From a candidate division FCPU426 bacterium (lineage in GTDB: Bacteria > Oederibacteriota > JAAXVQ01 > JAUVAV01): a stretch of 64,000 nucleotides of DNA. Both the position numbers and the translations under genes were made by a program. Each line of letters starts with the position of its first letter. The stretch's first letter is position 1. The notes below the pieces were generated by a model. The model was not told the origin of the DNA, did not search any database, and saw only the letters and a program-made list of their open reading frames with translations. Location of the stretch: contig DAOWGI010000005.1 of assembly GCA_030637655.1 (NCBI GenBank), positions 1 to 64,000 of the forward strand, read 5' to 3'. Positions 29,816 through 39,755 of the stretch are shown here, in pieces.

Positions 29816-32722
29816 TCAGAACGATTGGCCCAAACCCCACACATAGACTGTTTCTGCCGACGTGTCTGTTCGTTGCGAAACATCAAAACGGATGGTTAAT
29901 AATTCTTTGCCGAGCAAGAAGGTGTGCAAACGCAAACCCAATCCGACGGAATTCCTGATATCAGCCAGACTCGATTCCATGAAATTATTACTCACTACAC
30001 CGATGTCATCATACAAAACCATTTGAATGGATTTCAGCAATAAAAAATCCAACGGCCAGAGTGTATAATTGATATTTTGTGCAATGGGAAAACGGAATTC
30101 GAAATTACACACAGCCACCTGACTTCCCAATAATTTTCCATAACGATAACCACGGATGGTCACTGAATCCGGCAACAAACCAATACCGCCGAATAAAAAG
30201 ACCGGATGTTCAGGTCCCAAACTCGCCGCAACTAGAAGCCGGGAACTGAAATTCAAGGACGGATTAATAAAATCAAGGCTTTTGTAAGCCTGGGCATTGA
30301 CTTGAAATAACGTGTAGTTTTCTTCCCCACCGAAGATACGATCCGCCCAAATCAGAGAGAGATTATGCCGAAAACCATTGGTAGGCGCGTAATCCCACCA
30401 AGCAGTACTGTCATGAATCAAGGATAGGCGCAAGGTGGTAATTCTGCGGTACTGCCTTTCTTCTTCGTGCTGCCGGGTTAAATAACGAAGGCCGAATTCT
30501 GTTTCTACGCGATCATAATGAGTAAACGGCCTTACAAATCCGAGAGCGCCACCGACTTCCTCATCATTAAATTCATCCAGCAGATCGTTGGTTTCCAAGT
30601 CAAGAATACGATAATAATTGCGGCGATAGTAAATCGCAGTAATGATGTCTACCGGGTAACTCAGGTTCGCGTAGGACAATCGAGTACTGGCTTGATACCC
30701 GGGCACAATATCACTAATTAGACTTACCAAATGATTACCTAAATAGTCACTGGCTGTGATATAGCCGCCACCGACAATGCCTTGGGAGCTGTCATAGCCT
30801 GCCAATAAAAAGAGCAGATCAGGACTAAAGCGAAATTCATACGGACGTTCATCGCGAATAACACTTTGAGCGGTTTTGGTGGTTATTTCCTGTGCCACAG
30901 TTATTTTCAGCTTTTCGTCCCTAACCCCATCTTTGAGAATTTCCTCTTCTGAAATCGGCAATGAAGGGTTTTTAATAAACCCGGCAACTACTGCTTCAGA
31001 AAGTGTGATTTCCTTTTCGTTGGAGCGTGGACGTGTTGGCATGGAAAACATCAGGTAATTACCGTCGCTATATGCCGCAAAGGCCAATTTCTTTCCGTCC
31101 GGAGAAGGCGCCGGTTGAAAAACACCTATACGGACATCTGTTAGCTGTACTGCTTCGGAAGTGGCCAAATCCATGCGATATAAATTGAAAATCGCATTGC
31201 TATCACCGGCATAATACAGATAATTGCCATCCGGTGAAAACACCGGTGTTTTGTGCTCAGTTGGCCGGCTGGTCAAGGGAACCGGCGCTTCGTTGGGATT
31301 TTCCATGGATTTCCAGATCAATTGCCAATGCGTTTCCCGTTCGCTGCTATACACAATGGCAAGACCGTCAGGCGACCAGGCTGGGGCGTCATCCGCAAAG
31401 GTGTCATTGGTCAAGGGTTGCAAGGAGTGGGTGGTTAAGGTATATAAATATATATCACCAAACCCATTGTTCACACCGGAAAGTGCGATCTGTTTTCCGT
31501 CCGGTGACCAGGCGGGAGAGAAAAAGGTATCAATTGGAAGATCTAAACGTTGGATTTTCCTATTCTTAACAGAGAGCAGATAAAGATGATCCTTCCCTTC
31601 TTCACGAGCAACAAAAGCCAAGTGTTTGGCATCCGGAGACCACGCCAGCGCCCGACCGCGCAGGGAAAAGTTTTCGTATTTTTTTGTGGTTACAGCATAC
31701 GCGCGGGTTCCTTGTCCCCGGGGTTTGAGATAAACACGTGTTACTTGATCCCGGTTGGAAACAAAGGCCAAATAGCGTCCATCCGGAGACCAGACAGCGC
31801 CGGTGTCCATGCTGCTTCTGCCGGTCGGAGCGGAATTTAAAGGTGTGGCAAAATCCGCCGGAGTTTCCCGTTTGTTGGCTTGGACCCAATATTTCTGCTT
31901 AACCCAAAAGAGAAAATCATGATTGAATTCACGTAAGCCTAGGCCGATGGTTTCACGCAGTATTTGCGAGATGGAAATTTGGCTCTTGAATTTCTTGAAA
32001 ATCGCAGACAACTTGTCCTCGCCAAAGCGATCGGCTAAATACTGGACTGCCAACTGGGATTCCTTATAGGCCAAATACGTATCGTCCAGGTGATTGAATC
32101 CCTCCATCAAGGTCAAAGGAATCAAGCGATCGTTTAAAACAGCATCCCTAACCACCATCGCACCAATGCTGTCCCAGTCTTGTGCTCCGTATTCCGCATA
32201 CCCCTCGATGATCCAGAGCGGGATTAAGTATCCTTTGTATACGCGAAAGGATCGTAATCCCTCTCCATACAAAATATTAAATTGGAGAACGTGGATAAAT
32301 TCGTGGAAAATAACCTGACGGAGCTTTTCTTTGGAATCAGGTGCCGGCAAGGCAACCCGATTTTTATATGCTTCCGTGAAACCGCCGGTTCCAACCCCGA
32401 TTACATGCGGAAGAATATTGGTTTGCTGAAAGTCGATCTGATTACGATAAATAAACAGCGGGGTTTTCAAGAGTGGTTTTTCCCGCATTAAGCGGGTACC
32501 ATGTTGATAGGCAGCCTCGGCTATTTCGCAGACTTCCCTGGCCAGCGTTTCTTCTTCAGGATAATAGTGTATCTCAAAATGATCAGTTTCAAAAACCTGC
32601 CAGTGTAAAGCACGCGTCTGTAATTTATTTTTTCCAAAATATCCGGCTGCTGCGGTGAGTGCCAATAGCAAGACACAAATAAAGAAACTCAAGCTGATGT
32701 GAAGGAGGCTTCTCAATTTCAT
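29816..32722 (-). CDS. Outer-membrane protein: peptidase MA-like domain, PD40/TolB propeller and Omp85-like barrel
   Basis: YFGKNK, HEFIH...EGYAE, repeated WSPDG, IRGYRYG and terminal LGQSF. Confidence 0.85.
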   Translation of the reverse strand: MKLRSLLHISLSFFICVLLLALTAAAGYFGKNKLQTRALHWQVFETDHFEIHYYPEEETLAREVCEIAEAAYQHGTRLMREKPLLKTPLFIYRNQIDFQQTNILPHVIGVGTGGFTEAYKNRVALPAPDSKEKLRQVIFHEFIHVLQFNILYGEGLRSFRVYKGYLIPLWIIEGYAEYGAQDWDSIGAMVVRDAVLNDRLIPLTLMEGFNHLDDTYLAYKESQLAVQYLADRFGEDKLSAIFKKFKSQISISQILRETIGLGLREFNHDFLFWVKQKYWVQANKRETPADFATPLNSAPTGRSSMDTGAVWSPDGRYLAFVSNRDQVTRVYLKPRGQGTRAYAVTTKKYENFSLRGRALAWSPDAKHLAFVAREEGKDHLYLLSVKNRKIQRLDLPIDTFFSPAWSPDGKQIALSGVNNGFGDIYLYTLTTHSLQPLTNDTFADDAPAWSPDGLAIVYSSERETHWQLIWKSMENPNEAPVPLTSRPTEHKTPVFSPDGNYLYYAGDSNAIFNLYRMDLATSEAVQLTDVRIGVFQPAPSPDGKKLAFAAYSDGNYLMFSMPTRPRSNEKEITLSEAVVAGFIKNPSLPISEEEILKDGVRDEKLKITVAQEITTKTAQSVIRDERPYEFRFSPDLLFLLAGYDSSQGIVGGGYITASDYLGNHLVSLISDIVPGYQASTRLSYANLSYPVDIITAIYYRRNYYRILDLETNDLLDEFNDEEVGGALGFVRPFTHYDRVETEFGLRYLTRQHEEERQYRRITTLRLSLIHDSTAWWDYAPTNGFRHNLSLIWADRIFGGEENYTLFQVNAQAYKSLDFINPSLNFSSRLLVAASLGPEHPVFLFGGIGLLPDSVTIRGYRYGKLLGSQVAVCNFEFRFPIAQNINYTLWPLDFLLLKSIQMVLYDDIGVVSNNFMESSLADIRNSVGLGLRLHTFLLGKELLTIRFDVSQRTDTSAETVYVWGLGQSF

Positions 32723-32786
32723 AACCCAACTACTCCTAATTCATATCGTCAAAAACACGCTCGCTTCTTTTGATAAAAAGCAATTA

Positions 32787-33734
32787 TTATATTTCGAGCC
32801 CAGGCTCCAGCCAAGAACCAAATTTCAATCCAAAAAGAAAACCTAGGATTCCATCTTTGTGATTCCGGGAACCTTGCAGTAAATGTTTGAAAAAGGCAGG
32901 ACTCTTTTCCTGCAATACTTTAGGTTTTCCCTTAATTTTCGCGAGAAAAGCAGCAGTATTTACCGCATCATCTAAATTGCCTAATTGATCCACCAATCCC
33001 AGGCCTAAGGCCTGGCGTCCGGAAAAAACCCGGCCATCGGCCAGTTTTTCCAATTGTGCTTTTACATCCTCCGGCGGTAAATCCGTGATATTTATTCTCC
33101 TTTTCGCAGCCAGCGCTTGCGCGATCCGGTCTCCACGCGTATCCAAGATCATTTCCACGAATTGCTGATGCAGATCGTCAATCATTCCCTGCAGAAGCCG
33201 TCGCTCACGCTTATTTAATTTCCGCGAGAAATCACCTATATCTTTATATTTTCCACTTTTGATGATTTCCATACGCAGTCCGAGTTTTTCCATTAATTGC
33301 CCGGCTTCCGGATAACGTAAAATGACCCCGATGGATCCCGTAATGCTGGCCGGATTCGCAAATACGCGGTCCGCGGCACAGGAGATATAATATCCACCTG
33401 AAGCACATACTTCAGCCATGGAGACTACTACCGGTTTTCCCTGCCGGCGAATTTTTTGGATTTCTTTGGATATGGACTGAGCGGAAGCCAGGGTTCCGCC
33501 CGGTGTGTTGATATGAATCACGATGCCTTTGACCAGTGGCTGGTTATTCATTTTATGCAGTTGTTTGATCAAGGCGCGGTCTTCCAGAATCATACCTTGA
33601 ACTTTGATTAAACCAATATGGCCTCTCCGGTTGATTTTCACGAGAGTTAGCCTGGCGAAAATAACCAAAAGAATGAATCCGGCCAATCCTATGGCAATAA
33701 AAATAATTTCTTTTCTGTGTTTACGCATGGTCAA
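32787..33734 (-). CDS. sppA: Signal peptide peptidase SppA (36K type)
   Basis: INTPGG, ASGGYY, TGSIGV, KSGKYKD and ADGRVFSG. Confidence 0.93.
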   Translation of the reverse strand: MTMRKHRKEIIFIAIGLAGFILLVIFARLTLVKINRRGHIGLIKVQGMILEDRALIKQLHKMNNQPLVKGIVIHINTPGGTLASAQSISKEIQKIRRQGKPVVVSMAEVCASGGYYISCAADRVFANPASITGSIGVILRYPEAGQLMEKLGLRMEIIKSGKYKDIGDFSRKLNKRERRLLQGMIDDLHQQFVEMILDTRGDRIAQALAAKRRINITDLPPEDVKAQLEKLADGRVFSGRQALGLGLVDQLGNLDDAVNTAAFLAKIKGKPKVLQEKSPAFFKHLLQGSRNHKDGILGFLFGLKFGSWLEPGLEI

Positions 33735-33802
33735 CTCCTGCCTATTGTTTAAACATATTTAAATAGTATACTATTCTTTCCAGCTTCGCGCTATGCTTTT
33801 AC

Positions 33803-33976
33803 TAACATGTCAGTGAACTGTGGCTAAACAAAGGTTGTCATTCCCGAGGGTTTAATCGGCCCCGACCGGAAAAGATATATAGGGACGCATTCGGCAGGAA
33901 TCTGGTTTTTTAAACCATATCCCCGATACAAGCATTCGGGGATGACAAACAAAAAAAACGCATGACTGACATGTTA
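33803..33976 (+). mobile_element. MITE-like repeat copy C, complete, with the 38-bp insert (33860-33897)
   Basis: TIRs taacatgtcagt / actgacatgtta. Confidence 0.82.
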
Positions 33977-33985
33977 CCCTTTTAC

Positions 33986-34813
33986 TTAAGGATGGATTGC
34001 TTTCAAATTTTTTTTCTGCATGGCATCCAGAATTTCTTGCTGCAATTGTTTTTCGCGAGTTGTCATCCGCGGTGCGATGTTGTCCATAAAAACGATTGCG
34101 TCTTTTTCCAACCAGATCATGCCCTTTTTAACACAATACTCCAAATATGACCGGCGATGAAAAATACTGGCGCTGGGATACTCCCGGTCCATAGTTCCCC
34201 AAATGGTTTTAGCGATTCTTTGCCCCAGCTTACGGCTGCGATGATACTCAATGACCGATTGCAATTCAGTATAGGTGATCCAACCTGACCCGGACAGAAA
34301 ATATACGGCATCCTCAATAAATTCCGCTTTCTGATGCTCAAAGGAATCCAATGAGAGGATGGCATAGCGGGAGAGACCCCAAATATGATTGAATGCCGAC
34401 CGAAAGTCATCCAGAGTGTGTTCCGGAGCAAAATACTTGATAGTGCGCACTTGTTTGCCGGCGTTGTCTTTCCAGGCCAGGGCAATTATTCCTTTGGCCG
34501 CGTGTGCCCGCAATAAACGACCGCGGTATTTTTTTTTAAGAGCAAAACCGCGTATGCGTTTCATGGCCAGGAAACATTTGCGGTATTCTTCCCAGGGTAC
34601 GGTCCCGGTGCGTTTGCCGAGATAGTTTTTCAGCCATACACTTACGGCTTCTCCTTTTTGTTCAAGAATAAGCGCGGTTTCATCTTGGCGAATGCCGCGT
34701 ACATCATAGATGACCAACCGTGAAAAGGTGATATCATGGTCTTCAGTATTAGCGGTGACAGGCAGCAAGGTAAATATCAGAATCGCCGGGAATGCCCAGT
34801 GCAGTGTTTTCAT
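33986..34813 (-). CDS. Hypothetical exported protein
   Basis: Signal peptide; start overlaps the prfB stop. Confidence 0.7.
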   Translation of the reverse strand: MKTLHWAFPAILIFTLLPVTANTEDHDITFSRLVIYDVRGIRQDETALILEQKGEAVSVWLKNYLGKRTGTVPWEEYRKCFLAMKRIRGFALKKKYRGRLLRAHAAKGIIALAWKDNAGKQVRTIKYFAPEHTLDDFRSAFNHIWGLSRYAILSLDSFEHQKAEFIEDAVYFLSGSGWITYTELQSVIEYHRSRKLGQRIAKTIWGTMDREYPSASIFHRRSYLEYCVKKGMIWLEKDAIVFMDNIAPRMTTREKQLQQEILDAMQKKNLKAIHP

Positions 34814-35905
34814 GATCCGGATAGCTGTTTCAAATAGCTTTCGATGAAGGGATCCAATCCTCCATCCATAACACGTTGCACGTCCCCAACTTCGTAATTG
34901 GTTCGGTGATCCTTAATCATATTGTAAGGATGGAAAACATAGGAACGGATTTGACTGCCAAAAGCGATTTCTTTTTTTTCTCCATATAAAGTTTTGTTTT
35001 TTTGGGCTTTTTCTTCCTGGGCCCGAACATATAAACGGGCTTTTAATACCTTCATGGCATTGGCCCGGTTTTTAATTTGTGACCGGTCTTCCTGGCATTG
35101 CGCCACAATCCTGGTCGGCAAGTGGGTGATACGCACTGCGGATTCGGTTTTGTTCACATGTTGGCCACCGGCGCCGGAAGCTCTAAATACATCAATCCGC
35201 AAATCTTCATCTTTGATCTCAATCTCTATTTCATCTTCAATATCCGGAACCACATCAATCGAGGCAAACGAGGTATGCCGACGTTTGTTGGCATCAAAGG
35301 GTGAAATGCGCACCAGACGATGCACACCTTTTTCCGCCCGCATATAACCAAAAGCACAGTCACCTTCAATGGCAAAAGTAGCGGATTTAAGGCCCGCTTC
35401 TTCTCCGGGTTGATAATCCAACATAGTTATTTTGTATTTTTTATTTTCGGCCCAACGTATATACATACGCAACAGCATCTGCGCCCAGTCTTGCGATTCT
35501 GTGCCACCGGCGCCGGGATGCACAGAGACAATGGCGGAATCACGATCATTGGGACCGGAAAGCATTAAGCGAAATTCGCAGGCATCCGCTTCTGCCTGCA
35601 AGGTGTTTAGGCCGGATTGCAAATCCTGTTTCAGATCCGCGTCGGAGTCATCTTCCACCAACAATTCGACTGCTGCTTTCAAATCCGCCAAGCGTGTTTG
35701 TAAGGAACTATAAAAATCAACATCACGACGGCAGCGCGAGAGTTCGGTGTTTAAAGTTTTGGCGTGCTGCTGATTGTTCCATATATCCGGCTGGGACAAC
35801 TCGGTTTCTAAACGTTTCATCTGTTCCTGTTTGGCAGAAACGTCAAAGATACCTCCCGAGTTTTTCAATTCGTGTTTCCAATTGCGAAATGACTTCCATA
35901 CTCAA
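34810..35905 (-). CDS. prfB: Peptide chain release factor 2 with programmed +1 frameshift
   Basis: SPF and GGQ motifs; a short first frame (TTG 35905 or ATG 35899, AAGGAG RBS) ends GGG AGG TAT CTT TGA C at 35857-35842. Confidence 0.95.
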
Positions 35906-35925
35906 TGTTATTCTCCTTTGGTATA

Positions 35926-36108
35926 GTAACATGTCAGTGAACTGCGGTTAAACATAAGGTTGTCATTCCCGAGGGTTTAATCGGGAATCTGGTTTTTTTA
36001 AACCATATCCCCGATACAAGCATTCGGGGATGACAAACAAAAAAACGCTTCACTGACATGATACCCGATTTATCCGGATTAGCTTTTCCCGCTTCACTGA
36101 TATGTTAC
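35926..36108 (+). mobile_element. MITE-like repeat copy D (35926-36064, no insert) plus an extra terminal module
   Basis: gtaacatgtcagtgaa...ttcactgacatgatac; 36065-36108 is an inverted match to 29626-29666. Confidence 0.8.
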
Positions 36109-36154
36109 TTTGCATAGCAGTATACGCTTGACAAAGCCAGGCGTTAAAATAAAC

Positions 36155-37168
36155 TTATTCTTCGGTAAATACAACCTGATATTTTGATTTGGGCAGCAGG
36201 AATATTAGAAATGGTTGTGAACGCATCGTATTCTCTGTTTGGGTTGGTTCAATTACGTGATATTTTACAACCCATTGGTTTGCTTTTGGTTGTGATTCTT
36301 TTAAGCGGATCTCATAACCATGTCCCGGTTTGTTTCCCAAAAAGATAGCGCCGACCTGTTGCTGCTTCCAATTGACTGCCGGTATGGCAACAGATTGAAT
36401 TTTAGCGCGCTGCCACAGGCTTTTAAGTTCAGTCGGTGAGGCGGCTATCAGGGTTTCCGGCTGTCGGATAGCACAAGCATCTCCGCTCCATTCTCCGGTT
36501 TGACGCACCAGTTGAGGTTTGGCAACGAGCAGATAATCCGGAGCAGCCTGTTCTCCTCTGCTGCGCGCGGCCGCAGGGGCAAGGCTCACAGGTTGAATAA
36601 TCGCCCGGGAAAGTGTTTGGCGCTGTTTTTTTCCGGCTACTGAAACGTATTCGAGTTTGGGTCGAGGTAAAGGCGGCAGCGCGTCTTTATGTTTGGTAAC
36701 GTATTTTTGCGGAAGTGTTTTCAATCCAGCAGATGTTTTTTTGCCGGCCTCCGACATTTTTTGACCGGCCATACGCGGGATTTTTTTAGCAATCGGTTGT
36801 TCTTGGGCAGATAAGGTTTCTGTGGATTTGGCTTTTTTGAAATCATCCGTAGGATTTTGAACAACCACAATCAACAGAACCACTGCTGCGGCTGCTACGG
36901 AACTTAAAGAAAGAGTTCCCCATAGATTCCAACGCCGGGCGGAAGCATATTCTTTATTTAATCGCTCCCTACACCGGGCAGGTAAATACGAAGGTGCCTC
37001 CACGCTCTGCAAAGCGCCAAGTAGGTTTAAGGTCTCGGCATATTTCCCGCATTCGCAGGTACAGGCGGTACATTCCTGTAAATGTAGGTGTACGGCCTTT
37101 TCTTCATCCGGAGTTAAGGTGTGATCTGCATACAATGGCAGCAATTCATTACATTCACGGCAATTCAT
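36155..37168 (-). CDS. Zinc-finger (zf-HC2) transmembrane anti-sigma factor with PrcB-like C-terminus
   Basis: MNCREC...HLQECTAC, a TM segment and C-terminal FLGNKPGHGYEI; overlaps the sigma gene. Confidence 0.88.
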   Translation of the reverse strand: MNCRECNELLPLYADHTLTPDEEKAVHLHLQECTACTCECGKYAETLNLLGALQSVEAPSYLPARCRERLNKEYASARRWNLWGTLSLSSVAAAAVVLLIVVVQNPTDDFKKAKSTETLSAQEQPIAKKIPRMAGQKMSEAGKKTSAGLKTLPQKYVTKHKDALPPLPRPKLEYVSVAGKKQRQTLSRAIIQPVSLAPAAARSRGEQAAPDYLLVAKPQLVRQTGEWSGDACAIRQPETLIAASPTELKSLWQRAKIQSVAIPAVNWKQQQVGAIFLGNKPGHGYEIRLKESQPKANQWVVKYHVIEPTQTENTMRSQPFLIFLLPKSKYQVVFTEE

Positions 37169-37767
37169 GATGATCTCCCCAAAATAGGATCAAGCGCGTT
37201 GCGCAACAGACGTCGCGCTCGGGACAATCTTGATTTAACTGTTCCTAGTGGAATATGGCACAAATCCGCTATCTCCTCATACGAGTACCCCTCAATATCC
37301 CGTAAAATAGTGACTTCCCGCTCATCCGGCGGAATTTTTCCTATGGCTGCGCGAACAATTTGGGAAGTTTCACTTTGCTCGACCTTTTCTAAAGGTCCCA
37401 AACCATTCTCCTCCAACTCCAAATGACAACCTGCTGAATCTTCGGAAGGATCCTCGTTGATTGACTGGTGCTGAAAGTACTTTCGGCGTTTTTGACTGCG
37501 CACCATATTTTTCCAAAGATTCACAGTAATGCGGTGCAACCAGGTTTTGAATTCCGATCGTCCCTCAAACCGTTTTACTGCCTGAAACGCCCGGACAAAT
37601 GTCATTTGGGTAAGATCATCCGCATCCGAACGATTGCCGGCAGTTAAATTATACGCTAAGTTAAACACATAATTTGTATGATATTTCACAAGAGCTTCAA
37701 ATGCCTCGCAGTCGCCTTTGCGTGCCTGATTCACATAGCCCTTAAGTACTTCTTTAGAATCTGTCAT
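37165..37767 (-). CDS. ECF RNA polymerase sigma factor (SigW/RpoE-like)
   Basis: ADDLTQMTF, FKTWLHRI and GYSYEEIA...GTVKSRLSRAR. Confidence 0.95.
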   Translation of the reverse strand: MTDSKEVLKGYVNQARKGDCEAFEALVKYHTNYVFNLAYNLTAGNRSDADDLTQMTFVRAFQAVKRFEGRSEFKTWLHRITVNLWKNMVRSQKRRKYFQHQSINEDPSEDSAGCHLELEENGLGPLEKVEQSETSQIVRAAIGKIPPDEREVTILRDIEGYSYEEIADLCHIPLGTVKSRLSRARRLLRNALDPILGRSS

Positions 37768-37960
37768 TTAGACCCCAATCTCCTTTTTCAGTTCATACTT
37801 GTTGGGAGCAAAATTAAAAAAAACTTTGAGTTTTGGTTATAAAACAAATAGAATAATAAAGCAAGCACGGTTTTTGCTAAATTATCCCGGATACGAAATT
37901 TCACTTGCCAATGCACATATATTTTGGTAAATAATTCTAAATCCCTAAAGGAGATTATTT

Positions 37961-38752
37961 ATGTTGCGTGTGTCAAAGCCACTGGTTGCCGTACTCTTGA
38001 GTGCGGGTATAGCCATAATTGCGGGATGTGCCGTTTTGGGGGATGTAATTCATAAACCTGACGTTCTGGTACAAGAAATCAATTCCCAATGGATTACCCC
38101 TGAACAATGGCGGCTCTTGGCAAAGATGCAAGTGAAAAACAAGAATCCCTTAACACTCTCTTTTGTTCGTGCTTCCTATTCCATCTGTGTGAATGACCAA
38201 CGTGTGCAAACTAAGGTATTCACTGCGCTGCCGGTGGTCCCGCCTTATTCTGTAAAATCTTTTGCCATTCCCTTGCTGCTCAACCTGCGAGATATCCAAA
38301 AATATACTTCTGAAGAGCAGAATCTCCGGCTGCGGTTTTCCGGCCGGTTGTTTCCTACTGAAAAATCCAATGTCTCCCCCCTGAAATTTGAATACGCAAG
38401 CACCTTGTTCATACCGCGTCTGCCAAAGTTTGTATGTAAGCAAATCAAACCTATTAAGAAAACCAAAGGCCATGTTTTTCTGTTCGAGACTAAAAACTTA
38501 AATGCTTATCCGGTCACCATTGTGAAATTGAAAGGATACGTTACTATCAAGAACAAAAAATTCAAATTGCAGCCACTGGACAAACCGATTTCTATCAAAC
38601 CATATGCTGATCAAAAACTTGCCTTCATCAGCCGAGAGCTTACCCGGGTAGCAGTAAAAAGTGATCACCATTTGAGCTTGTTTGGTGAAATTGAATTAAT
38701 TTCCCAACACGGCAGTATGATTGTACCCCTGACGCAGGAAATGAAATACTAG
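37961..38752 (+). CDS. LEA_2/WHy-domain lipoprotein
   Basis: Lipobox IAGC; two N.N motifs (NKNP, NLNAYP). Confidence 0.75.
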   Translation: MLRVSKPLVAVLLSAGIAIIAGCAVLGDVIHKPDVLVQEINSQWITPEQWRLLAKMQVKNKNPLTLSFVRASYSICVNDQRVQTKVFTALPVVPPYSVKSFAIPLLLNLRDIQKYTSEEQNLRLRFSGRLFPTEKSNVSPLKFEYASTLFIPRLPKFVCKQIKPIKKTKGHVFLFETKNLNAYPVTIVKLKGYVTIKNKKFKLQPLDKPISIKPYADQKLAFISRELTRVAVKSDHHLSLFGEIELISQHGSMIVPLTQEMKY

Positions 38753-38784
38753 GAGTGTGAGCATTTAGTCTGTTTTTTTTATGT

Positions 38785-38927
38785 TGTCATCCCCGAATGC
38801 TCTTATCGGGGATATGGTTTAAAAAACCGGATTCCTGCTGAAGGCGTCCCTATATATCTTTGCCGGTCGGGGCCGATTAAACCCTCGGGAATGACAACCT
38901 TTGTTTAATCACAGTTCACTGACATGT
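38785..38927 (-). mobile_element. MITE-like repeat copy E, inverted, with a diverged 38-bp insert (38835-38872)
   Basis: Reverse complement of the shared core and left TIR. Confidence 0.8.
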
Positions 38928-38969
38928 ACGCGTAAAGTATATATTATTATGAGATGGTTAATATATGAA

Positions 38970-39755
38970 TTATTTTTTGGCCGGGGCGGAGGATTTTTTG
39001 AGTTTGCCGGGTTTCGGCCTCTTTTTTTTGCCTGGTTTTTTCTTCTTTTTTTCTTCGAAAATGTCGCGACCAAAATGACAACGCAGTATTTTGGTGAAGG
39101 ACTTGCGAGGGACAACACCCGAGATCAGATCTATGCGCCATTCGCTCCTTTCTTTGACCAGCCAGACACAACCCGGCATAATAAGACGATCACCTTCCCA
39201 TACCCACCATCGTTTAAAATAAGCTTCGTCACGTATTTTCGAAAACGCATTAGTGGGATCAATCCAGAGTTTGCGCGGATCGTCCCGGACCGGTCCTGTA
39301 TCTTCGTGCGCTATTTCATAGGTCTCCCGCGTAAATACGATGGCATAATTTCCGACGATGTAATGTTGTCCCGGCACGAAAAAACCGATTCGTTCCGGCA
39401 TAATGGTTTCTCCGTCTTTCCCTTTTTTCATCATTTTTTTGTTTTCTTGTTCGTGCATGAGAAAAAACATATCAGTAAGAATGGTCTCGGCCGTAGGAAT
39501 GGTTTGGTCTTTTTTGCCTGCACGGGCAACCTGTTTGGCTTTGGTGTTGATCATTTTAACCATTTTTTTATCAACCAAGGAAAGCAATTCAGCAGCTTCG
39601 GAAAACTGCTTCAGGCGCAATAAACGATAAAAATCCTCTACCACAACTGTAGGTTTTTCCGTTCCGGCTTCCAGTTGTTGGGGCATTACACAGCTTAACC
39701 AACTCATAAGACAGACGAACAAAGTTGCCCGCTGGATCCATGCATTATTCATCAA
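38970..39755 (-). CDS. Hypothetical exported protein with Lys-rich tail
   Basis: Signal peptide; coupled to the upstream TPR gene. Confidence 0.7.
   Translation of the reverse strand: MMNNAWIQRATLFVCLMSWLSCVMPQQLEAGTEKPTVVVEDFYRLLRLKQFSEAAELLSLVDKKMVKMINTKAKQVARAGKKDQTIPTAETILTDMFFLMHEQENKKMMKKGKDGETIMPERIGFFVPGQHYIVGNYAIVFTRETYEIAHEDTGPVRDDPRKLWIDPTNAFSKIRDEAYFKRWWVWEGDRLIMPGCVWLVKERSEWRIDLISGVVPRKSFTKILRCHFGRDIFEEKKKKKPGKKKRPKPGKLKKSSAPAKK

Noticed and set aside
27268-38927. Repeats as a CRISPR array or structured RNA genes
   Set aside because: Copies are dispersed, in both orientations and bounded by TIRs; no cas genes
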